From assembly GCA_977017645.1 (NCBI GenBank), contig OZ360227.1:55924001-55988000 (forward strand): 64,000 bases of DNA. Reading direction: 5' to 3'. Positions 36,695-49,680 of this stretch are shown one piece after another. The position numbers were made by a program, and so were the translations under genes. The stretch is from Torpedo marmorata. Its lineage: Eukaryota. Every line of letters starts with the position of its first letter. The first letter of the stretch is position 1. The notes below the pieces were generated by a model. The model was not told where the DNA came from. It did not search any database and saw only the letters and a list, made by a program, of their open reading frames with translations.

Positions 36695-37150
36695 AACACA
36701 ATGCTGGAAAAAATCTGCAGGTCAAACACTGTACTTTATGTAGCAAAGATAAAGATACATAACCAATGTTTAGGGCTTGGGTCCTTCATCAAGGTATGAG
36801 CAAAATGTAAGCAGGTGCCTGAATAAAATGGTGGGGGGAGGGGCAGGGGGAGGAGGACAGTCCCAGAGGCAGGAGGTAATAGGTGGATAAGGGAGGGAGG
36901 GCACAGCAGCAAACAGGGGGAGGGGGGATGGCTCTGTGAATGGGGGGGTGTGGGTGGAGAGCTGGAGGAAAGAAGATAGAGGGATGTGGAAGAACAGGGA
37001 GTGGGCTAGCAGAAACCGGAGAAGTCAATGTTAATGCCAACCGGCTGGAGAGTGTCCAGGTGGAAAATTAGGTGTTGCTCCTCCAATTCATGGGTGGTCC
37101 TATTTTGTCAGACATGTCGGCGCGGGAGTGGGGTGCAGAATTGAAACGTT
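36695..37150 (-). mobile_element. Penelope 3' fragment with degenerate hammerhead-like motif
   Basis: Reverse strand encodes EQHLIFHLDTLQPVGINIDFSGF; motif catacc-TTGATGA-aggacccaagccc-TAAAC-att-ggttatg at about 36757-36799. Confidence 0.75.
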
Positions 37151-38123
37151 TCTTAACCCTGCTTCAAGACTGAGAAAGGAGAGGGAGAGGTGGAATTAAA
37201 TAGGAGAGAAGGAGTGGAGAGCAGATGACAGGGGACCAATGAGAGGTGAAGGATGATGGACAGATGGAGCCAGGTGTGAGGTGTGGGGCAGGTTGGAGAG
37301 TGAGAGTTGGAAGCAGACAAAGGGAGGGATATGGAAGTGAAGAATCATTGGTCTAAAGTATTAACACCATTTCTCCCCTAATGCTGCCCTACCTGCTGAG
37401 TATTTCTGTCATTTTCTATTTTTATTTCCAAAATGCATCAGACAGCAGGAAATAAAGGCATACACCATAGAACAGTCAGCTGGTACATCAAAACAGCAAT
37501 CCAGTAAATGTCGGTGACTTAATCTACGTTCTCCCCATGTCTGCGTGGGTTTCCTCCGGGTACTCCGGTTTCCTCCCACCATCTAAAACATACGAGGTCG
37601 TAGGTTAATTTGAGTGTAATTGGATGGCACGGGTTTAAATGACTGGAATCGGCTTCTACTGTGCTGTAAATAAAATGAAAATTTAATAATAAAATTTCCT
37701 GAGGAGTCGAATTTCCCAAATGAGGCTGTGATATGATCTTTTCATATGCTTTCTACAGTACATCTGTAGAAGTTTTTGGTCAATTTTATCTGAAAACTTT
37801 TTAAAGCTGAGACAGAACTATTTTAGTTTCTGTCAGAAGCAAAGGTTGGGGCATTTGGTTCAGCCGGAGACAAGGGCGAGGAACATGAATAAAATCAACA
37901 ACAGACAAACAAAACATCAAAGGATTCAAAATGCAAGAAGATACACGTTGTCACCAAGCCATATAAAGGACATTGGGAGAATAAAGAAGCTTAAAAGTTG
38001 GTCAAAGAGTTATAGTTGGGGTTATAGTTTGACAACTTTGTCTCAGTCTTTGTCTTTTCATCTGCCGGGCTAGTTCTATAGTTATCACCATGGAAATATA
38101 AATAACTATCCCATAAAACATTT

Positions 38124-38898
38124 AAGATTCAAATTCAAAATTATTTTTATTGTCATGTAATAATACAGAAAATGTAATATTACATGAAATTTCCTTTTGC
38201 CTGCCGTAAGGCAAATAAAGCGTCTCCATTAGCATTGCCCAGCGCCCATTACAGTAAGCGAAAGAAAAGTTAAAGAAATTCCCTCCACAGACACTGAGTG
38301 TCCATGGATTCGCCTCCAGCGCTCTCACAGTCTCTCAGGCAACCCGAGATCCAGGTCCAAACATCCGATACGATCAGGAAACATTCAGGAGCCCTTCTTG
38401 CCCTCAGCACCCTCTGGAATCCTGGTTCCGATACCTGGTTCCCATGAGCAGTCTCCAGTAGCCTGCAGCCTGTGTGAGTTCTTCGACCACAAGTTGCCTG
38501 CCGCCCGAAGCCTGTGTGGGTCCTTCAGCCGCTGAGCCCCTCGCTGGTCCGCTGCCGTGGTCACCGTTCTGTAGGCTTTGTATCCTATGCTTCTCCTTCT
38601 CAACAGGGGGTGTTCTAACTGTTTCCTGGTTCGCTGCTCTCCTGGAGTCTGCAACCCCTCATGGTGCGCTGCCCAGCACAGGTGCTGCCATCTTGGGCGC
38701 AGACACCATGGTTGCAGGATTTTTAAAAAGTACTTTCGGTTCCTTTAACAGGCTGCTTAAAGCCTGTTTGGAGCCGTCGCCATCAGGACCAGGTAGTAGG
38801 ACCCTGTGGAGCAACGCTGTGTCTCCGCTCCCTGCTCTCCTGGGTCCACACCAGTGGCAGCGCTCTCGTTACAGCAGCTCTGGCAGCCCCGCCATTTT
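38124..38898 (-). mobile_element. CpG-rich non-autonomous retroposon, older copy
   Basis: Colinear with 40176-41009; starts AAAATGGCG and ends catgacaataaa plus short repeats. Confidence 0.8.
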
Positions 38899-39021
38899 AA
38901 AAAAAATGTTATACTTTACAATCTACTGTAATTGTCCTTTAATTTTAGTTACTAAATTATCAGAGATGATAGGGTTCGCACCTTCATCAGTTTAAATATT
39001 GGGAAGAGCAAATGGACAATC

Positions 39022-39113
39022 TTTAAGACCACCTGCATGTTTGACCAAGTTTTAAGACCACCTGCACGTTTGACCAAGTTTTAAGACCACCTGCATGTTT
39101 GACCAAGTTTTAA
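39022..39113. repeat. 29-bp tandem repeat, about 3 copies
   Basis: tttaagaccacctgca(t/c)gtttgaccaagt. Confidence 0.9.
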
Positions 39114-39214
39114 GCCTTTCCCGTTATGGCTGGGCTGTCAAATTTCCATCTTCTTGCTTTTCAGTGTATGTCATTATAAACCTTGTTCCCTACTTGTTGA
39201 TTTGTTTCCTGCTG

Positions 39215-39870
39215 CAAATCCTTGTCCCTGACTGAATCAGACTCTGCTGCCAACATTCACCCAGCTTCCACCCCACCTTTAAATTTACCTGGACTGCTTC
39301 TGACCCCTTCCTCCCCTTCCTTGACCTCTCTTTCTCCATCTTGGGGGACAAACTATCCACTGATATCTACTGCAAACCAACTGACTCTCATAGCTAACTG
39401 GATTATACGTCTTCCCATCCTGTCCCTTATAAGGTCACCATTCCTTTCTCACAATTCCTGCGCCTCTGTCGCATCTGTTTCCAGGATGAGACTTTCAACA
39501 CCAGGACATCCGAAATGTCCTCTTCCTTTAATAACCGTAGATTCCGCCGTACTATCATTGATAAAGCCCACACCCGTATCTCCCCTATTTCTCGTACTTC
39601 TGCCCTCACCCCACCTCCTCCCAGGCAGAACACGGACAGAGTTCCTCAACCTCACTTTCCATCCCACCAGCCTTCCACACCTTCTGTCCCATTCTCTGTC
39701 ACCTCTGGGCCCCTCCCCCAGCTTCTTTCCCTCTGTAGATATATAATTTCATCTGTTCTATCTTAATCTCGATAAAGTGTCTCGACCCAAAACGCTGACC
39801 GACCATCTTTACCCATGGATGCTGTCTGACCTGCTGAATTCCTCCAGCAATTCTTCGTTTGCTCTCAACA
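39215..39870 (+). mobile_element. Degenerate, internally deleted Penelope-like fragment
   Basis: Similar to 10380-10820 (SSHP...IPFSQFLRLCRIC...SEMSSSF), followed by a terminal-repeat remnant. Confidence 0.7.
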
Positions 39871-40175
39871 CTGGCATCTGATTTAAGCAGGCACAACTTC
39901 AGAACTGAAGGCCGTTCACTTAGAACAGAAATGCGTCGGAATTTTTTCAGCCAGAGGGCGGTGAATCTGTGGAATTTGTTGCCACAGGCAGTTGTGGAGG
40001 CCAGGTCATTGGGTGTATTTAAGGCAGAGATTGATTGGTTCTTGATTAGTCAGGGCATCAGAGGTTCTGGGGAGAAGGCCGGGCAGTGGGACTGAGTGGG
40101 AAAATGGATCAGCTCATGATTAAATAGTGGGGCAGATTCGATGGGCTGAATAGCCTATTTCTGCTCCTATGTCTT

Positions 40176-41009
40176 CAAGATACAAGATTCAATTTATTGT
40201 CATGCAATAAAACAGTGTCATATTACACGAAATTCCTTTTGCCTGCTATAAGGCAGACAGATTCGCCATCGGCAGAAATTGCCTGAAGCGCCTCTTACAG
40301 ACAGAGAAAGAGAAGCAAAAGAGAGTCCCCCCAGAGTCACCCAGTGTCCATAGATTCGCCTCCGCAACCACACAGAGTCCAGTCCAAACCATCGGCAACC
40401 CGCGCTCCAGATCCGAACCTCCGACACGGTCAGGAACCCTTCAGCGCCTTCGGCACCCCCTCGCATCCCGGTTCCGATACCTGGTACCCCTTCAGCCAGT
40501 TTGAGCCAGTCTCCAGCAGTCCACAGCCCGATGTGAGTCTCCCGACAGCAGTCTCCAGCAGCCCACAGCCTCCACGGGTTCCTCGCCTCGAGTCGCCAGC
40601 AGCCCGCCGCACGCATTGGTCTTTCAGCCGCAGAGCCCCCTCACCGGTCCCCCCCGCTGTGGTCACCGTCCTGTGGGTCGTCTCCTCTGCTTCTCCTTCT
40701 CAGACGGGGGATGGTCTCCCCGTTTTCTGGTGCCCTGCGCCAGTCCTCCGCTCCCCTGGAGTCTGCAACCCTTCGTGGCTGCTGCCGATCAGAGGCGCTG
40801 CCATCTTGGGTGCAGACCCCGCGGTCGCGGGATTTTAAATAAAACTACCGTCGGCTCCTTTAACGGGCCGTTCAAAGCCCGTGCGGAGCTGACAGCAGTC
40901 GACTGGGCAGTTGGACCCCGCGGGAGCGCTGTATCTCCGCTCCTCGCTCCCCGCGGGTCCGCACCAGCAGCAGCGCTGCCGTTACAGTGGCTCCGACAGC
41001 ACCGCCATC
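40176..41009 (-). mobile_element. CpG-rich ~830-bp non-autonomous retroposon, apparently full length
   Basis: Starts GATGGCG, has internal CAAGATGGC, no recognisable protein domain, Rex-like stem-loop tail and short aatcttg-type terminal repeats. Confidence 0.8.
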
Positions 41010-42009
41010 ATTTATGGTCTTATAGTCTAATTCTAGATGTGCTTCTAACCCCACATATTCTTTGACATCAAAACAATGCCCATATCCTTACCTCCATTCA
41101 TCTGCTGCTGAAACCCTCAATCACCATTGTATCCATCAGAAATGACCCTTCCAGTTTGAAGAATTTTATCCCAACTTGCACAAATTATCCCATAAGCATG
41201 TTGACTAACATTGGTTCCAGGTCTGGGAATACTCATTTTAAATTCTCATCTTTGCATTCAAATTCTTGTGTGTTGCTTCTGCCTCCCTTGTGACTTCATT
41301 TAGCCCAACAATTCATCAAGATCTCAGGATTGCCACTGCCCATTTACACTAATCCTGCATTGGTCATCATTTTGTATTCTCCCCACATTCATATTGACTC
41401 CCCCAGATTCTACCGCTCACCTACAGACTAGGGCCAATTTAAAGTGGTCAATTAACCTACTCGTTTTACTCATTTCATTTATAAAAGACCCAAGGTTACA
41501 GGATACCGTTCATCAATCTCACAGCCTGCTGGAAGAAGCGATTTCCCAGCCTGGCAGTCCTGATTTTGATGCTCCTGATGCTAGTCGGTCAAAGATACTG
41601 TGTGCTGGATGGTAGGGATCCTGAATAATTCTTTGAGCCCTTCTCTTCCATGCAGGATTGGTTGGTGCAGAGGAGTTGATTATGGGTTGGTGGTTGGAAG
41701 TGGATATCCTCGCTAATTTCACTTTCTGCATACTTCATGAGAACATAAGCCTGCTCCGCCATTCAACATGATCACGGCTGATCTGGCCGTGGACTCAGCT
41801 CCACCTACCCGCCTCTTACCCATCACCCTTAATTCCCTGACTGTGGAAAAATCTACTTGTCTGTATCTTAAATACAGTTAATGAGGCAGCCACTACCACT
41901 TCCTTGGGAAGAGAATTCCACAGATTCACCACTCTGGGAGAAGCAGTACCTCCTCATCTCCATCCTAAATCTACACCACTGAATCTTTTTCAATTAAAAA
42001 AAAGGTGTA

Positions 42010-42221
42010 AATTTTATTCACAGCATGGCAGAAGCCGATTCCAGCCATTTAAACCCATGCCATCCAATTACACCCAATTAACCTGCAATCCCCGTACGTT
42101 TTTGAAGGGTAGGAGGAAACCTACGCAGACACAGGGAGAACGTACAAACTCCTTACAGACAATGCCGGATTCGAACCCGAGTCGCAGGTGCTGTAATAGC
42201 ATTGCGCTAACCGCTACGCTA
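42010..42221 (-). mobile_element. tRNA-derived SINE inserted in a CR1 3' fragment
   Basis: Same head and core as 8555-8808. Confidence 0.75.
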
Positions 42222-42959
42222 GAGCTATGTCCCTGAGTTCTAGTCTCACCTACCAGCAGAAACAACTTTCCTGCTTCTATTTAATTTATTCCTTCTTTCA
42301 TTTTATGTTTCTATAAGTTCCCCTCTCATTGTTCTAAACTCCACCAAGTATAGTCTGAGGCAACAATCTCTCCTCATAGGCTACCCACCTCATCTCCAGA
42401 ATCAACTTGGTGAACCTCTTCCGCGCCACCTCCAAGGACAGTATATACTTCGAGAGAGAAAAAAAAACGTGCCTTCATTTTCTACGGAAGGTAAACATGG
42501 GAGTTAATTTATGCACAACAAGCTTCCATGAGCAACAAATTGATAACTGCCAAATTAAATGTTATTCTGCACAAACTGAGAGAAAAATATTGGACAGGGT
42601 AATGGAAGGTCCCGACTCTGCACCCACGGTACCATCAGGGGATCTTTGATGAGGCATGAAAGATGACACGTCTGAAAATGGAGTGATCCCTTTCACTCGT
42701 GCAATGGGAACAGCGGCCCAGATTATGCACTTAATTCTTTTGTTTGGGTTTAAACTCAACCATGCAACTCAGAAGTGAAAGTGTTAACCACAAAGGCCCA
42801 TTTGTTCCAACAACTTGTGGAAGAGCTACAAATTATAAAGGGAGGTACTTGGAATGACTGAGGAATGACTCGGTTTTAATGGATACATTTTGAGAATCAA
42901 GGGAATAAGTGGATGTTGACAGGGTGTCCATTGTGGCAGTAACACCAGCTGGTGCTAAA

Positions 42960-43547
42960 TGTACCTGGGAGGTGACCTATCGTGGACACTCCACATCTCC
43001 TCGCTTGTCAGGAAGGAGCAACAGTGACTGCACTTCCTGAGAAGACTGAAGCGGACAAGGCTACCGGCCACCATTATGTCAACCTTCTATAGGAGCTCTA
43101 TCGAGAGTGTCCTGGCCGGCTACATCACAGTGTGGTACGGTTGCTGCAGAGAAATGGATCGGAGGTCAATCCACAGGAAAATAAAAGCGACGGAGAGGAT
43201 CACTGGGGTCTCCCTTCTCCCCAACCTCCCCCATTGATGTGATTTACTGAGATCATTGTCTAAAGAGGGCTCGCAAAATCAGGGAGGACCCCTACAACCC
43301 CACACACAGAATCTTCCAGCTACTCCCGTCGGGAAAAAAATACAGAGTTATGAGAGCCAGAACCACCAGGCTGAGAAACAGCTTCTTCCCACGGGCAGTG
43401 AGACTGCTGAATGACTGCTAAAATAACTCTCTGTGACTTTACTATTTATTAATAATATATATATGTACTGAATATGAATATGTCTGTATGTGTGTTTGCA
43501 CTGTTCTGCACCGAGGACTGGAGAAGACAGTTTTGTCGAGTTGACAA
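42960..43547 (+). mobile_element. Degenerate Rex1-type 3' fragment; tail completed after the solo LTR (44444-44465)
   Basis: FYRSSIESVLAGYITVWYG...FQLLPSGK...RLRNSFFP; the tail aataaacttgaacttgaa follows the LTR. Confidence 0.75.
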
Positions 43548-44443
43548 TGTTACAAATTCAAACCAGCAACGACAGAAGACGCAATGCAAAAGGGGTAAAA
43601 TTGAAATTATTATTTATTAAACACAAGTAAACATATAATTTCACAACAATTAACCCCACTATAAACGTCTATAAATTCTATTCTTATCTAAAAGGTGTAT
43701 GTGTGTGTGTGTAAAGCCCAGACCATTACAGTCTGTGCCCAACCCTTATGTAAAAATGGAAAAACTTTCCCCAAAAACCCCAGGTCAGTCATAAAAAACA
43801 AGTCAGTCAAAAAAAAGGATAATACAGTCTACAAAATCCACTCTCTAAGTTCAGGCTTCAATACAGCTCTGAGTCTGGTAGAAGTACTTCTGAATGAACG
43901 TTGGAGAGAGACAATGACTGTTTATGCTTACAAATACTTGTTTTCTTCTCTGATGACGTCCCCTTCTTGTAGGTTCATAAGGATTGCAAGTTCCAGATCA
44001 GTATACCACTGATTTAGGCGTATGCTTGAATCTCACAGCTAGTCTCGCTGATCTCATGCCTGTTCTCCACAGAAGTTGCTTTTTGTCAGAATTTCTCTGA
44101 GACAGGAGGCCATGTGCTATTCTGTCAGTCTTTCTCTGACTTTGCACACACCTGGATTTGGCTGTGTCTTGTAGCCTTGCAACTCACAACTGTGTCTGCT
44201 TTGCAGAGATCTGCCCCTGCTTTTTGCAGAAGTGAAACAAATGTATCTTGTCTAGTCTGTGTCTCTCTCTCTGGTCTCTCTCTGTCTGGGTACACCAAGA
44301 GTGCAACAATGTATCTTGTCTGGGTACACCAAATAGCTGGGGAAGTTAACTCTTTCAGTACCTGGCCCCAGTGTATACTCCAAAAGACTTCATCCTTCCT
44401 GCTGACTGTCCGCAGTCCAAATGGTCAGTCATGGTCCATAACA
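43548..44443 (-). mobile_element. Solo LTR, Gmr1-like family
   Basis: TGTTA...TAACA with TSD ACAA (43544-43547 and 44444-44447). Confidence 0.95.
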
Positions 44444-44574
44444 ACAAATAAACTTGAACTTGAAGTGTCTTGATTCAGTGCTGGTACTTTTGACTTGCTT
44501 CTCATTTGTCTAAATCAAGAGGTACATGGAGAAGAGCAAGGAGCAAGATAAATAACTTTACAGTGCTTCCATCA

Positions 44575-46795
44575 GGCCAACACATCACATGCGAGACCAG
44601 GGGAACCAACACACTCGACCACTGCTACACCACCATGAAGAACGCATACCGAGCAATACCACGACCGCACTTCGGCAAGTCTGATCACCTGGCTGTACTT
44701 CTACTCCCGGCGTACAAGCAGAGACTGAAGACCACAGCACCAGCGGTGAGGACGTCAAAGGTATGGTCGAGGGGGGCGGAGGAGCGTCTGCAGGACTGCT
44801 TTGAATCGGTGAACTGGAACATATTCAAGAACTCATCCATAGACCTGAATGAATATGCAACAGGTGTCACCGACTTCATCAAGAGCTGCGTGGATGAGTG
44901 TGTGCCCACGTGCAAATACAGGGTGTTCCCCAACCAGAAGCACTGGATGAATCAGAGAATTCGCAACCTGCTGAGGGCAAGAACAAGGGCGTTTAAGGCC
45001 GGGGATCGGGATCTTTACAAGAAGTCCAGGCACGACCTGCGGAAGGCCCTCTCTAAAGCAAAGTGGCAATTCCGGAGGAAGCTAGAGACAGAGACAGATA
45101 CACGCCAGCTATGGCAGGGAGTGCAGGCCATTACAGACTACAAAGCGAGGGCGAACACTATAGACAGCTGTGATGCTTCACTACCCGATGAGCTGAACAC
45201 CTTCTATGCCCGATTTGAGAAGAAGAACCAAACAGTGCCTACTAGAATCCCTGAAAAGGCTGAGGACCCTGTGATATCTGTCTCTGAGGGCGACGTCAGA
45301 ACATCATTCAAGAGGGTGAACCCTCGCAAGGCGTCAGGCCCTGACGGCGTACCTGGCAGGGTACTGAAAATCTGCGCCAACCAACTAGCTGGAGTGTTCA
45401 CGGACATTTTCAACCTCTCATTGCGGCAGTCAGAGGTTCCCACCTGCTTCCCGGTACCCAAGAAGAGTAGTGTGAGCTGCCTCAACGACTACCGCCCAGT
45501 AGCACTAACCTCTACTGTGATTAAATGCTTTCAGAGGCTGGTCATGGCCAGAATTAACACGAATCTAAGCAAAGATCTGGACCCACTGCAATTCGCCTAT
45601 CGTCATAAACGCTCCACAGCAGGTGCAATATCACTGGCTCTCCACTCAGCTCTGGATCACCTCGAAAACAACAATTCATACATACAGCTGCTCTTCATCG
45701 ACTACAGCTCGGCCTTCAATACCATTATTCCCTCAGTGCTGGTCAAGAAGCTACAAACTCTAGGCCTCTGTACCCCACTCTGCAACTGGATCCTTGACTT
45801 TCTCATCGGAAGACACAGTCAGTACGAATTGGAAACAACGTCTCCTCCTCACTAATTATCAACACAGGCGCACCCCAAGGATGTGTGCTTAGCCCATTGC
45901 TCTACTCGTTATACACCCATGACTGTGTGGCCAGGCACAATTCCAATGCCATCTACAAGTTTGCCGATGACACCACAATTGTCGGCAGTATCACAAATGG
46001 CAATGAGGAATCGTACAGGAGGGAGATAGATCAGCTTGTTGAATGGTGTAATGACAACAACCTCGCGCTCAACGTCAGCAAAACCAAGGAAATGATTGTG
46101 GACTTCAGGAGGAAGTCAGGGGAACACGACCCAGTCGTCATCGAGGGCTCAGTAGTGGAGAGGGTCAAGAACTTCAAATTCCTGGGTGTCAACATCTCCG
46201 AGGATCTGTCCTGGAGCCTCCACGTTGATGCAATCACAAAGAAGGCTCGCCAGCGGCTATACTTTGTGAGGTGTCTGAGGAGATTTGTTTTGTCACCGAA
46301 GACTCTCGTAAACTTCTACAGGTGTACCGTGGAGAGCATTCTGGCTGGTTGCATCACTGCCTGGTATGGAGCTACCAATTCTCAGGACAAGAATAAACTC
46401 CAGAGGGTTGTTAACTCAGCCTGTGACATCACAGGCACCAGACTTCACTCCATCGAGGACATCCACATGAGGCGGTGTCTTAAAAAAGCAGCCTCTATCC
46501 TCAAAGACCCCCACCACCCAGGCCATGCCCTCTTCACTCTGCTTCCATCGGGAAAAAGGTACAGGAGCCTAAAGGCGAGCACTCAACGGCACAAGGACAG
46601 CTTCTTCCCCGCTGCCATCAGATTCCTGAATAATCAATGAACCAAAGACACTGCCTTACTTTTCGTGCACTATTATTTATATTTTTTTTATAGTAACATC
46701 ATAAGATGGTTATAATATGAATGTTTGCACTATGATGCTGCCGCAAAACACCGAATTTCGTGACTTGTTCATGACAATAAATTCTGCTTCTGAAA
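44575..46795 (+). mobile_element. Rex1/Babar-type LINE, 5'-truncated, end of APE plus RT, one frameshift
   Basis: TLDHCYT...HFGKSDH, KASGPDG, NDYRPVALTS, DYSSAFNTI, PQGCVLSPLLYSLYTHD, KFADD; ORFs 44506..45855 and 45885..46640. Confidence 0.9.
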
Positions 46796-48160
46796 TCAAT
46801 ACATTTAGAAAATGTTCATCAAATAATCATCCTTGCTAATGTAACAAATATGTGTTTATTCAGCCCTGGAGAGATAAGGGTGTTTCTCAGAAGAATTACA
46901 AAACTCTGATTCATCACCTGAAATCAGAGGGATACGGATACAGACATGAAATAATAAGTGGGTGCTGGTACAAGCTGGCAATGGGAGTCGAAGTCCTTCC
47001 ACGTTAGTTCCAGCACTTTTAACTCTTTCAGAAGATTGTTAGGGTGCTGTCAGTCATAGAAAGACACAGCACAGAAACAAGCCCATTGAGTCCATGCCTT
47101 CAACAATGATACACCAATCCCATTTCTTTTTCTCCCACATTCCATTTTTTTCAAAAATATTTTATTTTCATTTTTAACAAACAATGAAACAAGATACTTC
47201 AAACACAGATATCACATTATATAGTAATACAATAAAAGTAACATATATAATAAAAAAAACCCAATTACCCCAAACCTCCCCCCACAAAGAAAAAACAAAC
47301 TAAACAAAACAAATGGTCGACAATGTTTATATAATTACTAATTTCATATATATAAAAGAAAGAAAAACTCCAAGGATTCCCGGCAACAGGGAAGGAACCC
47401 AAAACAAATTAATAGCAAATCTTCTTTAATTTAATTTATCCTGACCCCAAATAATCTAAATAAAGTTGCCAAATTTTATAAAAAATAACCTTTGTTTTTA
47501 ATGTTTTATGTAATTTTCTCCAATGGAATACAACTATTTATTTCTGAGGTCCATCTATCAATAGACAATGGGGAATCTGACTTCCAAGTCGTCATTAAAC
47601 ACTTTCTAGTCACACAAAAAGCTATCCCCAAAAATATAATTTGATATCTGGTTAGGGTGTCCTTAATAGTAGTAAAATTTCCCAAAAGGCATATCTCTGG
47701 ATCTAAAATTAGAGTAACTCCAATAACTTTAGATAAGATGTCACAGAGATTATGCCAAAATTGTCTCAGTTTACAGCACATCCATGTTGAATGTAAAAAA
47801 GAACCAACCTCCGTTCCACATCTAAAACACATCTCTGATAATTCTGGTTTAAATTTATGTAATTTCTGTGGAGTCAAATATAATTGATGAAGAAAATTAT
47901 AGGAGACCAATCTATAACGTACATTTATAGTAATTAACATACTATTCTGATACAATTCTGACCATAATTCTTCATCAATTAGTATACCTAAGTCTGATTC
48001 CCATCTTATCCTGGACTTATTATGTCTCAATTTAGGCTCTTGATCTTGTAACAATAAGTACATTCTCAAAATAAATTTATACGTATTTCCTTCTTGAAGT
48101 ATTTTTTTCCGCATCTGTCAATGAGGGTAGGACCATATCAGGTCCTAAAGTATTCCTAAG

Positions 48161-48838
48161 TGTAAGAGCCATAGGCTCACTACTTACCCGATGTTTTGGC
48201 CGTGGGCGCCGGCGGTGTTCCGGGGCCCGTGGGCCTCTTCCATTAGGCTGCACGTGCGAGTGCCGCCACCGCTTGCGGAGCTGGAGGGTGGCGGCGCTCG
48301 CGTGGTTGGCTCGGCGGCGGCGGCTTCGGCCGGGGCCGGCGTATCCATCAGTGCACATGCGCACTGATGGACTGGGTCGACGCGTGCGCGGTTGTCTCGG
48401 CCCCGGCGGCGAGCAGTTGGAGCCGGGGCCAGCGCGTGTACTACGGAGCATGCGCGGGTGGGACCTGCGCGTTTAAATGGAGGTTCCCCCGCGCGAGTCG
48501 ACAGTTGAAAACCTGAGGAGGGTGAGTTGGGTGGACAATTCCTGTCGACCGTTTTGACATCGTTTAACATCGTTTAGGATCGTTTAATACTTTTGGAACT
48601 CGTTTAACACGTTTAGGAACACTTTTTATAACCTTTTAAATCGTTTTAGATCTTTTTACATTATTTTACATCATTTCAAGAAATGTTTATATTAAAGTCT
48701 GAAGATGACTGCAAGTCTAATGTAAATAAAGGTTTTTTGAACATTTTGGACTTTGTTGGTAAATGAATGAAAACGCGTCGCAGACAAACACCTAACTTAG
48801 CCTCCAAGCGACTATTTTTATTGGACGAAGTCGCTACA
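48161..48838. mobile_element. Solo LTR of a second, unrelated family (678 bp)
   Basis: TGTA...TACA termini with 5-bp TSD CTAAG (48156-48160 and 48839-48843); excision restores the L1 frame YFQLRLYLRNTLGP. Confidence 0.85.
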
Positions 48839-48865
48839 CTAAGATATAAACGTAACTGAAAATAG

Positions 48866-49680
48866 CGGCAGCGCTGCCGCTGGTGCGGACTCGCGTGGGA
48901 GCGGAGATACAGTGCTCCCGCGGGGTCCAGCCGCGCAGTCGACTGCCGTCGGTTCCGCACGGGCTTTGAACGGCCCGTTAAAGGAGCCAACAATGGTTTT
49001 ATTTAAGATCCCGCGACCGCGGGGTCTGCGTCCAAGGTGGCAGTGCCTTTTATCCGGCAGCAGCCACGAGGGGCTGCAGATTCCGGGGAAGCGGAGGACT
49101 GGAGCAGGGCACCAGAGGACGGGAAGATCACCCCCGTCTGAGAAGGAGAAGCGGAGGAGACGACCCATGGGATGGTGACCACGGCAGCGGACCGGTGAGG
49201 GGATCTGAGGCTGAAGGACCAGTGCACGCGGCGGGCTGCTGGCGAGTCAAGGCGAGGAACCCGCGGAGGCTGTGGGCTGCTGGAGACTGCTGTCGGGGGA
49301 CTCACAACGGGCTGCGGACTGCTGGAGGCTGGCTCGAACTGGCTGGAGGAGTACCAGGTATCAGAACCGGGATGCGAGGGGGTGCCGAGGGCGCCCTGAC
49401 CGTGTTGGAGATTCGGATCTGGAGCTCGGGATGCCGATGGTTTGGACTGGACTCTGTGTGGCTGCGGAGGCTGCGGAAGCGCTGGAGGCGAATCTATGGA
49501 CACTTGGTGACTCTGGGGGGACTCTCTTTTGCTTCTCTTTCTCTGACTGTAAGGAATGTTAGAGGCGCTTAGGCAATTTCTGCCGGTGGCGAATCTGTCT
49601 GCCTTGTAGCAGGCAAAAAGAAATTTAATGGAATATGACACTGTCTTATTACTATGACAATAAATTGAATCTTGAATCTT
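48866..49680 (+). mobile_element. CpG-rich non-autonomous retroposon, slightly 5'-truncated
   Basis: Highly similar to the reverse complement of 40176-40981; ends gacaataaattgaatcttgaatctt. Confidence 0.85.

Noticed and set aside
40218-41065. 100-200 aa ORFs within the CpG-rich element copies
   Set aside because: Present on both strands with inconsistent boundaries between copies; explained by high GC content.
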